DNA from: Planctomycetota bacterium
Lineage (GTDB): Bacteria > Planctomycetota > UBA1135 > JADKAF01
Assembly (NCBI GenBank): GCA_016793245.1
Contig: JAEUHW010000351.1
Coordinates: forward strand, 5,987 to 69,986
Direction of reading: 5' to 3'
DNA: 64,000 bases
The notes under the pieces were generated by a model that was given only the letters and a program-made list of their open reading frames with translations, made no database searches and was not told where the DNA came from. Shown here piece after piece: positions 45,034-54,379 of the stretch (position 1 is its first letter; each line of letters starts with the position of its first letter). Both the position numbers and the translations under genes were made by a program.

Positions 45034-46020
45034 TTATCCGGCAGCGCTCCCGTTGCCCCCTCCGGCCGGCGGAGTTTCACCGCTCACCGGAGTCGGCGCC
45101 GGCGTCTCGGCGGGCTTCGCCTCGCCTTCCTTCGCCGCGCCGCCCTGGCCCACTTCCGCAGGAGCGTCTCCGGCCGGCGTCTCGCTCTTCGGCGGTTCCA
45201 GGAACTCGGGAGCTTCCGGAGCCGGCGGGCTCTGGCTCTCCTCGGTCGCCGGAGCCGGGGCCGGGGCCGGATTCTGGTGCTCGATCAGCGCGAGACGATC
45301 GCGCTCGCGGCGAGCCTCCTTGCACTGGGGATCGAGCCCGAGGACCTGCTCCCACGTCGCGCAGGCGCCGGCGGTGTCGCCGAGCTTCTCCTGGATGCGC
45401 GCGGAGAGTCCGAGCGCTTGCACGCGGTGGTGGTTCGGCAGCGGCGCCTGCAGCGCGCGATTGACCTCGCCTTGCGCGATCGAGTAGTTGCCGCGCTCGG
45501 CCTGATCGCTCGCGTGGTAGAGGTGCCGGAGCGAGCCCATCGAGAGCGACGACTCCTCCTTCCGGACGCTCAGCACCTCGATCCACGGTTTCCCGCGGAA
45601 CGTGTCCTGAACCATCACTTCCACGGCGAAGCGATCGAAGCGCTTCGCATCGGCGAAGTGATCGCAGATCGGCGTCGTCCGGCGCGCGAAGAGCAGCGGA
45701 TAGCTCTTCAGGTACTCCTCCTTGCGCCAGATCGGCTGGAGGTCGTCCCACGCCGAGAAGTTCATGTAGTTGTTGTTCGTGAAGCGCGTGAAGAACGGGT
45801 TCTCCAGCTTGCCGAGATCGCTGAACGCGATCGTCGTGCGCACCGTGAGGCCGCGATAGGCCTCCGGAGATCGCAGCAGATCTCCGAGCGTGACCATGCG
45901 CGGCAGGGTCAGCGCCTCGAGCAGCGGGTCGTTCTTCAGCAGTTCGCGATACTGCTGGCCTACGGCGGGTACGGCCGCCAGCGCGAGTGCGGTGAGCGTG
46001 GTGAATCCGAAGCGTCGCAT
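45034..46020 (-). CDS. secreted protein with a TPR-like segment and a Pro/Glu/Ala-rich C-terminal tail
   Basis: Signal peptide (FTTLTALALAAVPAVGQQ), a globular region rich in aromatic residues, a TPR-like region (GNYSIAQGEVNRALQ...ATWEQVLGLDPQCKEA), and a low-complexity tail (PAPAPAPATEESQSPPAPEAPE). Confidence 0.75.
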   Translation of the reverse strand: MRRFGFTTLTALALAAVPAVGQQYRELLKNDPLLEALTLPRMVTLGDLLRSPEAYRGLTVRTTIAFSDLGKLENPFFTRFTNNNYMNFSAWDDLQPIWRKEEYLKSYPLLFARRTTPICDHFADAKRFDRFAVEVMVQDTFRGKPWIEVLSVRKEESSLSMGSLRHLYHASDQAERGNYSIAQGEVNRALQAPLPNHHRVQALGLSARIQEKLGDTAGACATWEQVLGLDPQCKEARRERDRLALIEHQNPAPAPAPATEESQSPPAPEAPEFLEPPKSETPAGDAPAEVGQGGAAKEGEAKPAETPAPTPVSGETPPAGGGNGSAAG

Positions 46021-46284
46021 CTTCTTCTCCGCGGAATCGCGGGCACGGTCCGCGATCTCCTCTCGCTTCGAGGCGTGCGCCCCTGCGCTCGTCTCGCGCG
46101 GCCGTGCTCCAGCTCTGCTATCGAGCGCACCGGGGCGCGCGCTTGACCTGGATCTCGCGCCGGAAGTAGCGCCGGCCCCTCGCGCGGGCTCGCTGGCACC
46201 TCCGAAGGGTCTGCGCCGGGGGCGGAGCTCGGGCTGCTCCTCGCCGCGGCTCGCGCCGGTCTTCGAAGCAAACTAGCCCGAGAG

Positions 46285-47451
46285 CTAGGGCGATCCAGGC
46301 ACGGCGCAACCGTCGATCCAGACGCCGTCGAGGCCGCCATCCGCGGCGAGCAGCAGCGCATCGGCGAGGCCGCCGGGCAGCAGATCCGCGCGCAACCCGA
46401 GCTCGCGCGCCGGCCAGAAGCTCGCCATCCCGATCGCCGCGTGAAGCTCGAAGGTCCCGTCGGCGACGCGCGAGCGGATCATCTCGAGCAGACAGAGCTT
46501 CGCTCCCGCGAGCATCCCCTGCTCCGCCCACATCGCATCCGCGCCCTGGCGGATGCGCTTGCCCCCCGCTTCGAACTCGAGCACGTCGGAGCCGGCCGGC
46601 CAGAGCGCATCCGAGATCATCACCACGCCGCGGGCGCCGCGAGTTTCATGCACGAAGCGCAGCACTTCCGGCGCGACGTGCACGCCGTCGCAGATCAGCT
46701 CGGGCACGAGCTCCGGGATCTCGAGCGCCGCCAGCGCCAACCCCGGCTCGCGATGATGCACTCCGCGCATCGCGTTGAAGAGGTGCGTCACCGCCAGCGG
46801 CCCCAGCTTGGCGGCGACTTCGGCTTCGCGACACGTGCAGTCGCTGTGGCCCAAGCTCGGGCGCACGCCGTGATCGAGCAGCAGACGCAGGAGCTCATGC
46901 GCGCCGGTGAGCTCGGGGGCGATCGTGATCCGGCGCACGACGCCGGGGTGCTCGCGCAGCCAGGTGCGCACTTCCGCGAGATCGGGATCGCGGAGGCACT
47001 CGGGCTCGAGCGCGCCCGCGCGTTTGCGGCTCACGAACGGCCCCTCGAGGTGCAGCCCCTCCACGCGCGCGCCGCGCGGCGCTTCGCCCCGCTGCTCGCG
47101 GAGCAGCTCGTCGTAGGCCGCGATCAGCGCGCGCAGCCGCTCGGGCGGCGAGGGATAGAGCGTCGCGAGGAAGCGCGTCGTGCCGGCGCGCGCGAGGGCG
47201 GAGGCCACGAGGCGCGCCGCGACGGGGCCCCCGCTCGTCACGTCATGGCCGGCGTAGCCGTGAAGGTGCACGTCGACCAGGCCGGGGACGAGCTTCCGGC
47301 CGCGCCCCTCGACGATCGTGCGCGCCTCGCATGCGTCGGCGAGCCCCGCGCCGCGGGCGAGGACGGCCCTCGTCCCCAGCGCGAGATCCGTTCGCTCCCA
47401 GCCCGCGGGGCTCCAGGCCTCGACGTCGCGGAAGAGCACTTCAGCTCGCAT
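46285..47451 (-). CDS. nagA: N-acetylglucosamine-6-phosphate deacetylase
   Basis: Start at MRAEVLF, 988 codons into ORF 46285..50415. Amidohydrolase motifs: GLVDVHLHGYAGHD, EGPF, LGHSD, THLFNAM and ISDAL. Confidence 0.85.
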   Translation of the reverse strand: MRAEVLFRDVEAWSPAGWERTDLALGTRAVLARGAGLADACEARTIVEGRGRKLVPGLVDVHLHGYAGHDVTSGGPVAARLVASALARAGTTRFLATLYPSPPERLRALIAAYDELLREQRGEAPRGARVEGLHLEGPFVSRKRAGALEPECLRDPDLAEVRTWLREHPGVVRRITIAPELTGAHELLRLLLDHGVRPSLGHSDCTCREAEVAAKLGPLAVTHLFNAMRGVHHREPGLALAALEIPELVPELICDGVHVAPEVLRFVHETRGARGVVMISDALWPAGSDVLEFEAGGKRIRQGADAMWAEQGMLAGAKLCLLEMIRSRVADGTFELHAAIGMASFWPARELGLRADLLPGGLADALLLAADGGLDGVWIDGCAVPGSP

Positions 47452-48094
47452 CTCGATCGCCCTCGGCTCCCGGCTCGTCCTGGTCCACGCGGCTCGCGGC
47501 GCCCTCGGAGTCCGCGGGCGGCGACGAGAGGCCGCCGATCTCGAAGAGCGCGATCTCGGTCGTGCCCCAGGCGCGCCGGTCGCAGTCGCCGATCGCCGCC
47601 AGCTCGGTCGCGTCGAGCAGGTCGCGGGGATAGTGGAACGCGAGGAGCCCGGTGGCCGCGAGGCGCTCCGCGAACAGGCGCCGCGCGAGATCGAGGGTGC
47701 CGCGGCGACGCGAAGGCGAGCGCAGTTCCGAGTACGGCGGATCGAAGAACACGAGCTCGTAGCGCTCCTCCGGCGGGCGCTCGAGCTGCTCCTCGACGCG
47801 CCCGCGCACGATGCGCGAGCGCTCGCCGAAGCCGAGCGCCGCGACGTTCGCGGAGAGGCACTCGAGCGCGCTGCGATCGCGCTCGACGAAGACGCAGGAA
47901 GCCGCGCCGCGGGAGAGGGCTTCCAGACCGATGCTGCCCGTCCCCGCATAGAGGTCGAGCACGCGCGCGCCATCGACGCGGTCGCCGAGGATGGAGAAAA
48001 GTGCCTCGCGCACCCGATCCAGGAGAGGACGAGTGCGCTCCCCTGGTGGGGACGCGAGCTTCCGACCGCGAGCCGTACCGGCGATGATCCGCAT
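47441..48094 (-). CDS. rsmD: 16S rRNA (guanine966-N2)-methyltransferase RsmD
   Basis: MRIIAGTARGRKL...RPLLDRVREALFSIL...VLDLYAGTGSIGLEALSRGA...VFFDPPY. Confidence 0.88.
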   Translation of the reverse strand: MRIIAGTARGRKLASPPGERTRPLLDRVREALFSILGDRVDGARVLDLYAGTGSIGLEALSRGAASCVFVERDRSALECLSANVAALGFGERSRIVRGRVEEQLERPPEERYELVFFDPPYSELRSPSRRRGTLDLARRLFAERLAATGLLAFHYPRDLLDATELAAIGDCDRRAWGTTEIALFEIGGLSSPPADSEGAASRVDQDEPGAEGDRDAS

Positions 48095-48243
48095 GCTGCA
48101 ACGCGCAGCCCAGAGCAGGGCCGCCTACCTCGGGCACAGTAGACCACGCGCGCGGAGCCGGGCCAATTTGTGAGGAGCGGCGGCCGCCTTACGACGTAAG
48201 AGCCATACTGGACCGGCCTTCGAAGCCACCTCCCCAATCGTCG

Positions 48244-50115
48244 ATGTCCCAACGCACCCACGAGCCGGCCGGGAAGATTGCACTGAGCTTCCGGCTGCTC
48301 GTCGGCAGCAAGGAAGCTCCGCTCGCCATGCCCCTGCCGCTCGGGCGCGTGGTGACGGTCGGCAGCGATCCCTCCTGCGAGCTGCGCTTCGCGCATCCGA
48401 CGCTCGCCGGGCGCCATGCCCAGCTCGAGGCGCGCCTCGACGCGATCGCGGTCCGCGACCTGGAGGGCAGCAGCGGGACCTGGGTCGGCGAGCGGCGCAT
48501 CGGACATCCGCGGCTCGCGTACGCCGGTGAGCGCCTGCGCTTCGGCGACGTCGAGGCGCTCCTGGTCGGCGTGCCGCTGGCGGAAGACTCGCAGCGCTCG
48601 CGAGCGCTGGCCTCGCTGCTGCATCCCGACATCTGGAGCATCAGCGTTCCGCGCCTCGCCGAGCAGGAGTCGCCGGAGTTCGCCGAGGTCCTGGCCGCGG
48701 AGTTGAAGAAGGCTCCCTGGTTCGCGATCTCCGTCGCGGCACATGCGCTCGTGCTCTTCGTCGCGTGGCTGGCCTTCGCTCTGCCGCAGCGCGTCGTACC
48801 GGAAGCGCCGCAGCCGCTGCGCTTCAGTTCCGCCCCGATCGAAGAAGCTCACGACGGCGTCGACGAGCTCGTGACGGAGGAGACGATCGAAGCCGAGGCG
48901 CCGACGGAGAGCGCGAACGAAGAGACCGCCAGCGAGACGAGCGCCGAACCGCCGGACGAGCCGCTCGAGGTCGAAGAGCCCTCCAGCGGTTCCTTCGGCG
49001 CTCCGGGCATCGGCCGCTCGCCCATCGGCGACTTCGGCGAACCGCGCCTCGGACCGAGCACGAAGCGCGGACGCGGACGCGATCGCGGCTTGGAAGGCCT
49101 GCTCGGCGACGAGAAGGTGCGCGGGACCTTGCGCTCCATGCGCCAGAACGGCCTCGAAGTCGTGATGGTCTTCGATTCCACCGGAAGCATGGGCGGGATC
49201 CTCGACCAAGCGAAGCAACGCATGGACGAGATGATCTCGGTGCTCGAGATCCTGGTGCCCGGCGTGCGCGTGGGACTGGTGACCTATCGAGACCGCGGGC
49301 GCGAGGAATACGTGACGCGCGAGTGCCCGCTCACGCGCAGCCGTTATCGCCTGCGGGACTTCATCGATGGCGTGAGCGCGGGCGGCGGCGACGACATCCC
49401 CGAAGCGGTGCTCGACGGGGTCGATGCCGCATTCCGCAAGATGGACTGGTCCAAGTCGGCGTTCCGCTTCGTGACCGTGATCGGCGACGCGCCGCCCCAC
49501 AAGGGCGATCGAACCAAGGTGAAGAACCTCGTGCGCCGCTTCGCGCGCGAGCACGGCATGACCTCGATGGTCTCGACGATCTACACCGGAGGCGGCTTCG
49601 CCCGGGATCAAGAGGCGATCGACGCCTTCCGCGAGATCGCGGACGAAGGCGGTGGCGTTTTCGTGGAGCTCGAGCAGCAGGAGCGCGTGCTCCGCGAGAT
49701 CGTCGCCATGGTGTTCGGGCGCCAATTCGAGAGCGGCCTCGCGGATCTCTACCGCCACGTGCAATCGCTGCAGCGCCTGGGAGACACCGAGCGCCGTTGG
49801 ATCCAGGACCTCGACATCTCCGCGATGGTCGAGGAGGGGTTGGTCCCCACGCGCCAACGTTCGATCGCACCCGAGGTCGTCGACTCGCTGATCGGCATGG
49901 GCCGCAGCAGCGTGAAGCGCAGCGAAGTGATCGAGACGACCGTGCAGCTCCTGCAGCGCGGAGATCTCACCGAGGAGACGCTCTTCGCCGCGCGCTGGAT
50001 CCTCCGCCACATCAGCAACGGCGAGATCGACTTCGATCCGACGGCTCCGACGACGCGCCGCATCCAAGAGCTGAAGCGCCTGCGCCCTCGCGCGCGCGAT
50101 ACGAGCGGTCGCTGA
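48244..50115 (+). CDS. transmembrane FHA-vWA protein (N-terminal FHA, single TM helix, acidic linker, C-terminal vWA domain plus helical domain)
   Basis: FHA pattern (LPLGRVVTVGSDPSCELRFAHPTLAGRHAQLE...GSSGTWVGERRI...GERLRFGDV). TM helix PWFAISVAAHALVLFVAWLAFAL. vWA MIDAS motif VVMVFDSTGSMGG, plus VTVIGDAPPH. Confidence 0.85.
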   Translation: MSQRTHEPAGKIALSFRLLVGSKEAPLAMPLPLGRVVTVGSDPSCELRFAHPTLAGRHAQLEARLDAIAVRDLEGSSGTWVGERRIGHPRLAYAGERLRFGDVEALLVGVPLAEDSQRSRALASLLHPDIWSISVPRLAEQESPEFAEVLAAELKKAPWFAISVAAHALVLFVAWLAFALPQRVVPEAPQPLRFSSAPIEEAHDGVDELVTEETIEAEAPTESANEETASETSAEPPDEPLEVEEPSSGSFGAPGIGRSPIGDFGEPRLGPSTKRGRGRDRGLEGLLGDEKVRGTLRSMRQNGLEVVMVFDSTGSMGGILDQAKQRMDEMISVLEILVPGVRVGLVTYRDRGREEYVTRECPLTRSRYRLRDFIDGVSAGGGDDIPEAVLDGVDAAFRKMDWSKSAFRFVTVIGDAPPHKGDRTKVKNLVRRFAREHGMTSMVSTIYTGGGFARDQEAIDAFREIADEGGGVFVELEQQERVLREIVAMVFGRQFESGLADLYRHVQSLQRLGDTERRWIQDLDISAMVEEGLVPTRQRSIAPEVVDSLIGMGRSSVKRSEVIETTVQLLQRGDLTEETLFAARWILRHISNGEIDFDPTAPTTRRIQELKRLRPRARDTSGR

Positions 50116-50296
50116 GAAGCGGAGCAGCGATCGAGGAGACCGGCCCTCTGGTCTTCTCGCGCTTCCCGTCGTAGTGCTGCCGCTCGCTGCCAGCAGAGTC
50201 TGGCTCATGCTCCGAGACGAGCTCCCCGTGTGCAGAGATTGCAGTCGGGGCTCGGCTTGCCTACGGTACGCGATCCAAGAGCGTACCGAGGTCTTC

Positions 50297-52714
50297 ATGA
50301 GCTGCGACGACGTGCCGGCCCTGCAGCGCCTGCCGCCCGAGAGGTTGCGATGGCGCTGTCCGCGCGAATGGGTGCCGTTCTCCGACACGAGAGAAGTCGC
50401 TGCCGAGCCCGGCATCGTCGGTCAAGACGAAGCCATCGAGACGCTGCGCTACGGCCTCGAGATCGACGGCCCCGGGCAGAACGTCTTCGTGCGCGGGCTC
50501 GACAGCAGCGGCCGTTCGACGCTGGTGCAACGCCTCCTGGAAGAGCTGGCGCCGACCTGTCAGCTCACCTGCGATCGCGCGTACGTGCCGGACTTCGATG
50601 CGCCGGACCGCCCGCGTTGGGTCGAGCTGCCGCGCGGCAGCGGCGCGCTGTTCGCGCGCGCGATGCGGGGCTTCGCGCGCCGCGTGCGCCGCGATCTACC
50701 GGTCGTGCTGCGCGGGGAAGCTCTCGCGGCGGAGACCGCGCGCTTCGAATCCGACTGGCAACGCCGCGCCGGCGAGCTCGAGCGCGGCTTCCAGGCCGAG
50801 ATCGCGCCGAGCGGACTCTCGCTGGTCAGGATCGAGCAGGAGGGCGGCGCACAACTCGCGATGGTGCCCACGCACGAAGGGCGAGCGCTGGGGCTCGAGG
50901 AGCTTGCGGCTCGGGAGCGCTCGGGTCCGCAAGGGGCCGCGGAGGTACAGCGCTGGCAATCGGCCTTGATCGAGAAGCGCGCGCGCTTCCAGGAGTTCGT
51001 CCTGGATCTGCAGGAGCTGCACGAGGAGCGCGCCGCGGCGCTGCAGGTGATGCGCGCGGAGGCCGCGCGCGCCGCGATCGAGCGCTACGTCGAGCGCCTC
51101 CGCAAGCGCTTCCCCCACCCGAGCGTCCAGCGCTATCTCGACGGCGTCGTGCGCGACGTGATCGAGAATCGCCTCGACGAGCTCGACGCCGAGGAGGACT
51201 TCACGGAGGACTACCTGCCGAACCCGATCCAAGCACGCGAGCGCGAAGCGGATTGCCCGATCGTCGTGGAGAGCATCCCCAGCGTGGCGAATCTGCTCGG
51301 CAGCATCGAGAGCGAAGCGCTCGCCGGCGGCGGCAACTACAGCGATCACCGCTCGATCCGCGGCGGCGCGCTGCTGCGCGCCGATGGCGGCTTCCTCATC
51401 CTGGAAGCGCGCGAGCTCCTGGCGGAGCCGGAGTCGTGGCGCGCGCTCGTCCGCGCGCTGCGGAGCGGCAAGGTCGAGATCCTGCCGCGCGAGGGCCATC
51501 CCGGACCGCTGGTGAAGCCCGAGCCGATCCCGATCCGCACGAAGGTGATCCTGATCGGCGATCCGGAGCTCTATCAGGTCCTCGACGCCGAGGACGCCTA
51601 CTTCCCCTCGCTGTTCAAGGTGCTCGTCGACTTCGAAGGGCATATCCCGCGCGACGCGCGCGGCGCTCGCCAATACGCCGGCGTGATCGCGCGCTTCGCG
51701 CAGGATGCGCAGCTCCGCCCCTTCACCTGGTGCGCCGTCGCGCGCCTCATCGAACACGGCTCGAGCCTGGCCGCGTGCGAAGGCCTCTCCACTCGCCTCG
51801 GGCGCATCGCGGATCTCATGCGCGAGACGGACTTCTGGGCGCGGCGCGCCGGCGCCGAACGCTGCGAACGCGAGCATGTGCGCACCGCGCTGCGACAGGC
51901 GCGTCGACGAGCCGATCTACCGGCCCGCCGCTTTCGGCGCATGGTGAAGGACGGCTTGCTCACCATCGAGGTGCGCGGCCGGCGCGAAGGACAGATCAAC
52001 GGGCTCGCGACGCTGAGCGCCGGCTCCCTGCTCTACGGCATCCCCGCGCGGATCACCGCCAGCGTCGGTCCCGGCGAGCGCGGCGCGATCGACATCGAAG
52101 GGCTCTCGGAGCTCGGCGGCTCCATCCATACGAAGGGCTTCCACATCCTCCAGGGATTGCTCCAGAACCTGCTGCGCGTACATCACCCGCTGGCCTTCAC
52201 GGCGTCGCTCGCCTTCGAGCAGACCTATGGCGGGATCGACGGGGATTCGGCTTCGGCGGCGGAGATCTGCTGCTTGATCAGCGCGCTCTCGGAGGTGCCG
52301 CTGCGCCAGGATCTCGCGCTCACGGGCGCCGTGGACCAGCACGGGCGCATCCAGGCCATCGGAGCCGTGAACGAGAAGATCGAGGGCTTCTTCGATGTCT
52401 GCGTCGAGCTCGGAGCGCTGGAGCCGACGAGCGCGAACCACGTGCGCGGCGTCGTGATCCCCGCCGCGAACGTGGCCGAGCTCATGCTGCGCGAGGAGGT
52501 CGTCGAAGCGTGCGCGCGAGGCGCCTTCGCGATCTACGCCGCGAGCGACGTGCGCGGCGTCCTCGAGCTCTTCACCGACTTGTCGTTCGGGACCTGCTCC
52601 GCCGATGCCGCCCCCGAGCCGGAGAGCCTGCTCGCGCGAGCGCGCCGCCGAGCCGAGGAGCTCTGGCGCGCGAGCCGCAGCGTGGAATTGGACCGGCCGC
52701 GCAACCGCACGTAG
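50297..52714 (+). CDS. Lon-family protease of the LonC/COG1067 type (AAA-like domain with degenerate Walker motifs and a coiled-coil insertion; C-terminal S16 Ser-Lys protease domain)
   Basis: Start at MSCDDVPALQRL. It has GQDEAIETLRYGL and a Walker-A-like VRGLDSSGRST (Arg where Lys is expected), followed by an insertion of about 170 aa that appears helical by eye. The Walker-B-like motif is GGFLILEAREL. The protease motifs are GIDGDSASAAEICCLISAL (Ser) and AVNEKIEGFF (Lys). Confidence 0.88.
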   Translation: MSCDDVPALQRLPPERLRWRCPREWVPFSDTREVAAEPGIVGQDEAIETLRYGLEIDGPGQNVFVRGLDSSGRSTLVQRLLEELAPTCQLTCDRAYVPDFDAPDRPRWVELPRGSGALFARAMRGFARRVRRDLPVVLRGEALAAETARFESDWQRRAGELERGFQAEIAPSGLSLVRIEQEGGAQLAMVPTHEGRALGLEELAARERSGPQGAAEVQRWQSALIEKRARFQEFVLDLQELHEERAAALQVMRAEAARAAIERYVERLRKRFPHPSVQRYLDGVVRDVIENRLDELDAEEDFTEDYLPNPIQAREREADCPIVVESIPSVANLLGSIESEALAGGGNYSDHRSIRGGALLRADGGFLILEARELLAEPESWRALVRALRSGKVEILPREGHPGPLVKPEPIPIRTKVILIGDPELYQVLDAEDAYFPSLFKVLVDFEGHIPRDARGARQYAGVIARFAQDAQLRPFTWCAVARLIEHGSSLAACEGLSTRLGRIADLMRETDFWARRAGAERCEREHVRTALRQARRRADLPARRFRRMVKDGLLTIEVRGRREGQINGLATLSAGSLLYGIPARITASVGPGERGAIDIEGLSELGGSIHTKGFHILQGLLQNLLRVHHPLAFTASLAFEQTYGGIDGDSASAAEICCLISALSEVPLRQDLALTGAVDQHGRIQAIGAVNEKIEGFFDVCVELGALEPTSANHVRGVVIPAANVAELMLREEVVEACARGAFAIYAASDVRGVLELFTDLSFGTCSADAAPEPESLLARARRRAEELWRASRSVELDRPRNRT

Positions 52715-52802
52715 ATTCTGCTCGCCGACAAGGACCACGACCTCGCGCCGCAGCGCGGCGCTCTTCATGCCCCGATCTCCCATCACCTCGAGCTCCGACT
52801 CC

Positions 52803-53759
52803 ATGGGCGTCTCCGACGCCGTGGCTCCGCTCCGCAGCGCCTGGAGCGCCCTCGCTCATCGTCGCCTCCTGGAGCATCTCCAAGGGCTCGAGCGCTGCAA
52901 GCGCGCGGCTCTCGAGGACTTCGATCCCCACGCCGTGCTGAAGCTGCGCGCTCACGCGCGCCGCATAGAGCTCGCCGCGCTCGCGTTCACGCCCGAGATC
53001 GAAGCGTCCCCGTGCCGCCCCGAGCTCGAAGCGCTGCGCGCCTTGGCCGAAGAGGTCGTGCTCGCGACGACGGCCCTGCGAGCGCACGATCTCGCGACGG
53101 ATTACTTCCACGCGGTCCATCGCGGACTCGGCGAGTCGACCGCCGCGGAGGCGGCCGAGATCTACTCCGACTGGCTCTACGAAGAACGCCGAGACCCCGT
53201 CATCGACGCCACGGAGGCGGCGCTGCGCGCGCTCTCGATGCGCGCCGCGACGCGAGCGAAGAAGGTGCTGCGAGAGCTGAGCGCCATCGACGCCGAGCCG
53301 CCTTCGACGGCCTCGGCGGCCGAACGCGTGCGCGAGGCGGGCCAGCGCGCGTGGAGCGCCTTGCGCCCGCTCGTCGAGAGCTTCGACCAGAGCGCGATCG
53401 CCGCGGCGCGCGTGGAAGTGCGCGCGCTGCGCTACACGTGGAAGGCGCTGAAGCCCTGCTTCTCCGCCGAGACCTACACGCTGAACCACGGTCACGCGCA
53501 CCGCTTGCAGACGCTGCTTGGACAAGCCGGCGACATCGAGCGCTGGGTGCTGGACGCGGAGTCCTTCGCCGATCATCCCGCGGCTCGTCGCGCGGGCGTT
53601 CGTCCGCAGGACTGGGACCGCGTCCTGCGCTACGCCTGGGCACAGCGGTTGAATCTGCTGCAACAGGTCGGCCGCCACGCGCTCGTGCGCCACTGGCTCG
53701 CTCGCGACGGGGTGAGCGCCGGCACCTTCCGTCCCGTGCGACCCGATCTCACCGGGTAG
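52803..53759 (+). CDS. CHAD domain protein
   Basis: Start at MGVSDAV. All-helical, with CHAD-like conserved basic motifs (HAVLKLRAHARRIELAALAF; VEVRALRYTWKAL). Confidence 0.7.
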   Translation: MGVSDAVAPLRSAWSALAHRRLLEHLQGLERCKRAALEDFDPHAVLKLRAHARRIELAALAFTPEIEASPCRPELEALRALAEEVVLATTALRAHDLATDYFHAVHRGLGESTAAEAAEIYSDWLYEERRDPVIDATEAALRALSMRAATRAKKVLRELSAIDAEPPSTASAAERVREAGQRAWSALRPLVESFDQSAIAAARVEVRALRYTWKALKPCFSAETYTLNHGHAHRLQTLLGQAGDIERWVLDAESFADHPAARRAGVRPQDWDRVLRYAWAQRLNLLQQVGRHALVRHWLARDGVSAGTFRPVRPDLTG

Positions 53760-53971
53760 GCCCACCTCCGCCGCCGAGCGCAGAAGCGCTCGGCCTGCAG
53801 ATTGCGCCGGCGCGTTCACGCGAGTCCCCGCGGCCACTCCGTCCGAAGGAAAGGAACGTCGTCCTCGCGACTTCGGCTCATCTCGGCCCCGCCGGACCGT
53901 CGATAGCACCCGACCAGAGCGTTCCCGCGGAGGAGCGCCTGGCTCTCCGGTCGCTGCGCTCGATACCAGTC

Positions 53972-54379
53972 ATGCAGAAGAAGGAACGTCGACGGGCTCG
54001 CCGTGTTCGGCTCACCTTCCAGGACCCCGTGCCCTGTCAGGTGTATCGCCCCGACGATGACGAGGGGCTGGCTGGCGTGGTCGTCGATCTCAGCGAAGCC
54101 GGCGCGGGCATCAAGGTCGAGGAGTCGACGCGCGCTTGGCGCGAAGGCGAGGAGATCCTCCTCCGCGTCCGGCTGCCCGGCGTGCTCGGGCCGATCCGCC
54201 TGAGCGGCGAGATCCGCCATCATCGCTCGCTCGGCCCCGGCACCGGCGCGTTCCTGGGCGTCCAGCTCATCGGCACGCAATCGGCCTCGCACTACGCGCT
54301 GCAGGTCTCGCGCTTGAAGCGCTTCCTCAGCGCGCGTGCGCCGATCAACGCGAGCGAGCTCGAGAGCCGCATCATCTGA
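53972..54379 (+). CDS. PilZ domain protein (c-di-GMP receptor type)
   Basis: MQKKERRRARRVRL carries the RxxxR motif, and VVVDLSEAGAGIKV carries the D/NxSxxG motif. 135 aa. Confidence 0.75.
   Translation: MQKKERRRARRVRLTFQDPVPCQVYRPDDDEGLAGVVVDLSEAGAGIKVEESTRAWREGEEILLRVRLPGVLGPIRLSGEIRHHRSLGPGTGAFLGVQLIGTQSASHYALQVSRLKRFLSARAPINASELESRII

Noticed and set aside
50266-50288. 7-bp hairpin GGTACGC-N9-GCGTACC just upstream of the Lon-like start, considered as a translational regulator
   Set aside because: The stem is short, of a kind that arises by chance in GC-rich DNA, and it does not clearly sequester the GAGG Shine-Dalgarno. The evidence is insufficient.
47452-50415. Upstream 988 codons of the 1376-aa minus-strand ORF 46285..50415
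   Set aside because: Only the last 388 codons (nagA) are protein-like. The remainder overlaps rsmD in another frame and is antisense to the FHA-vWA gene.
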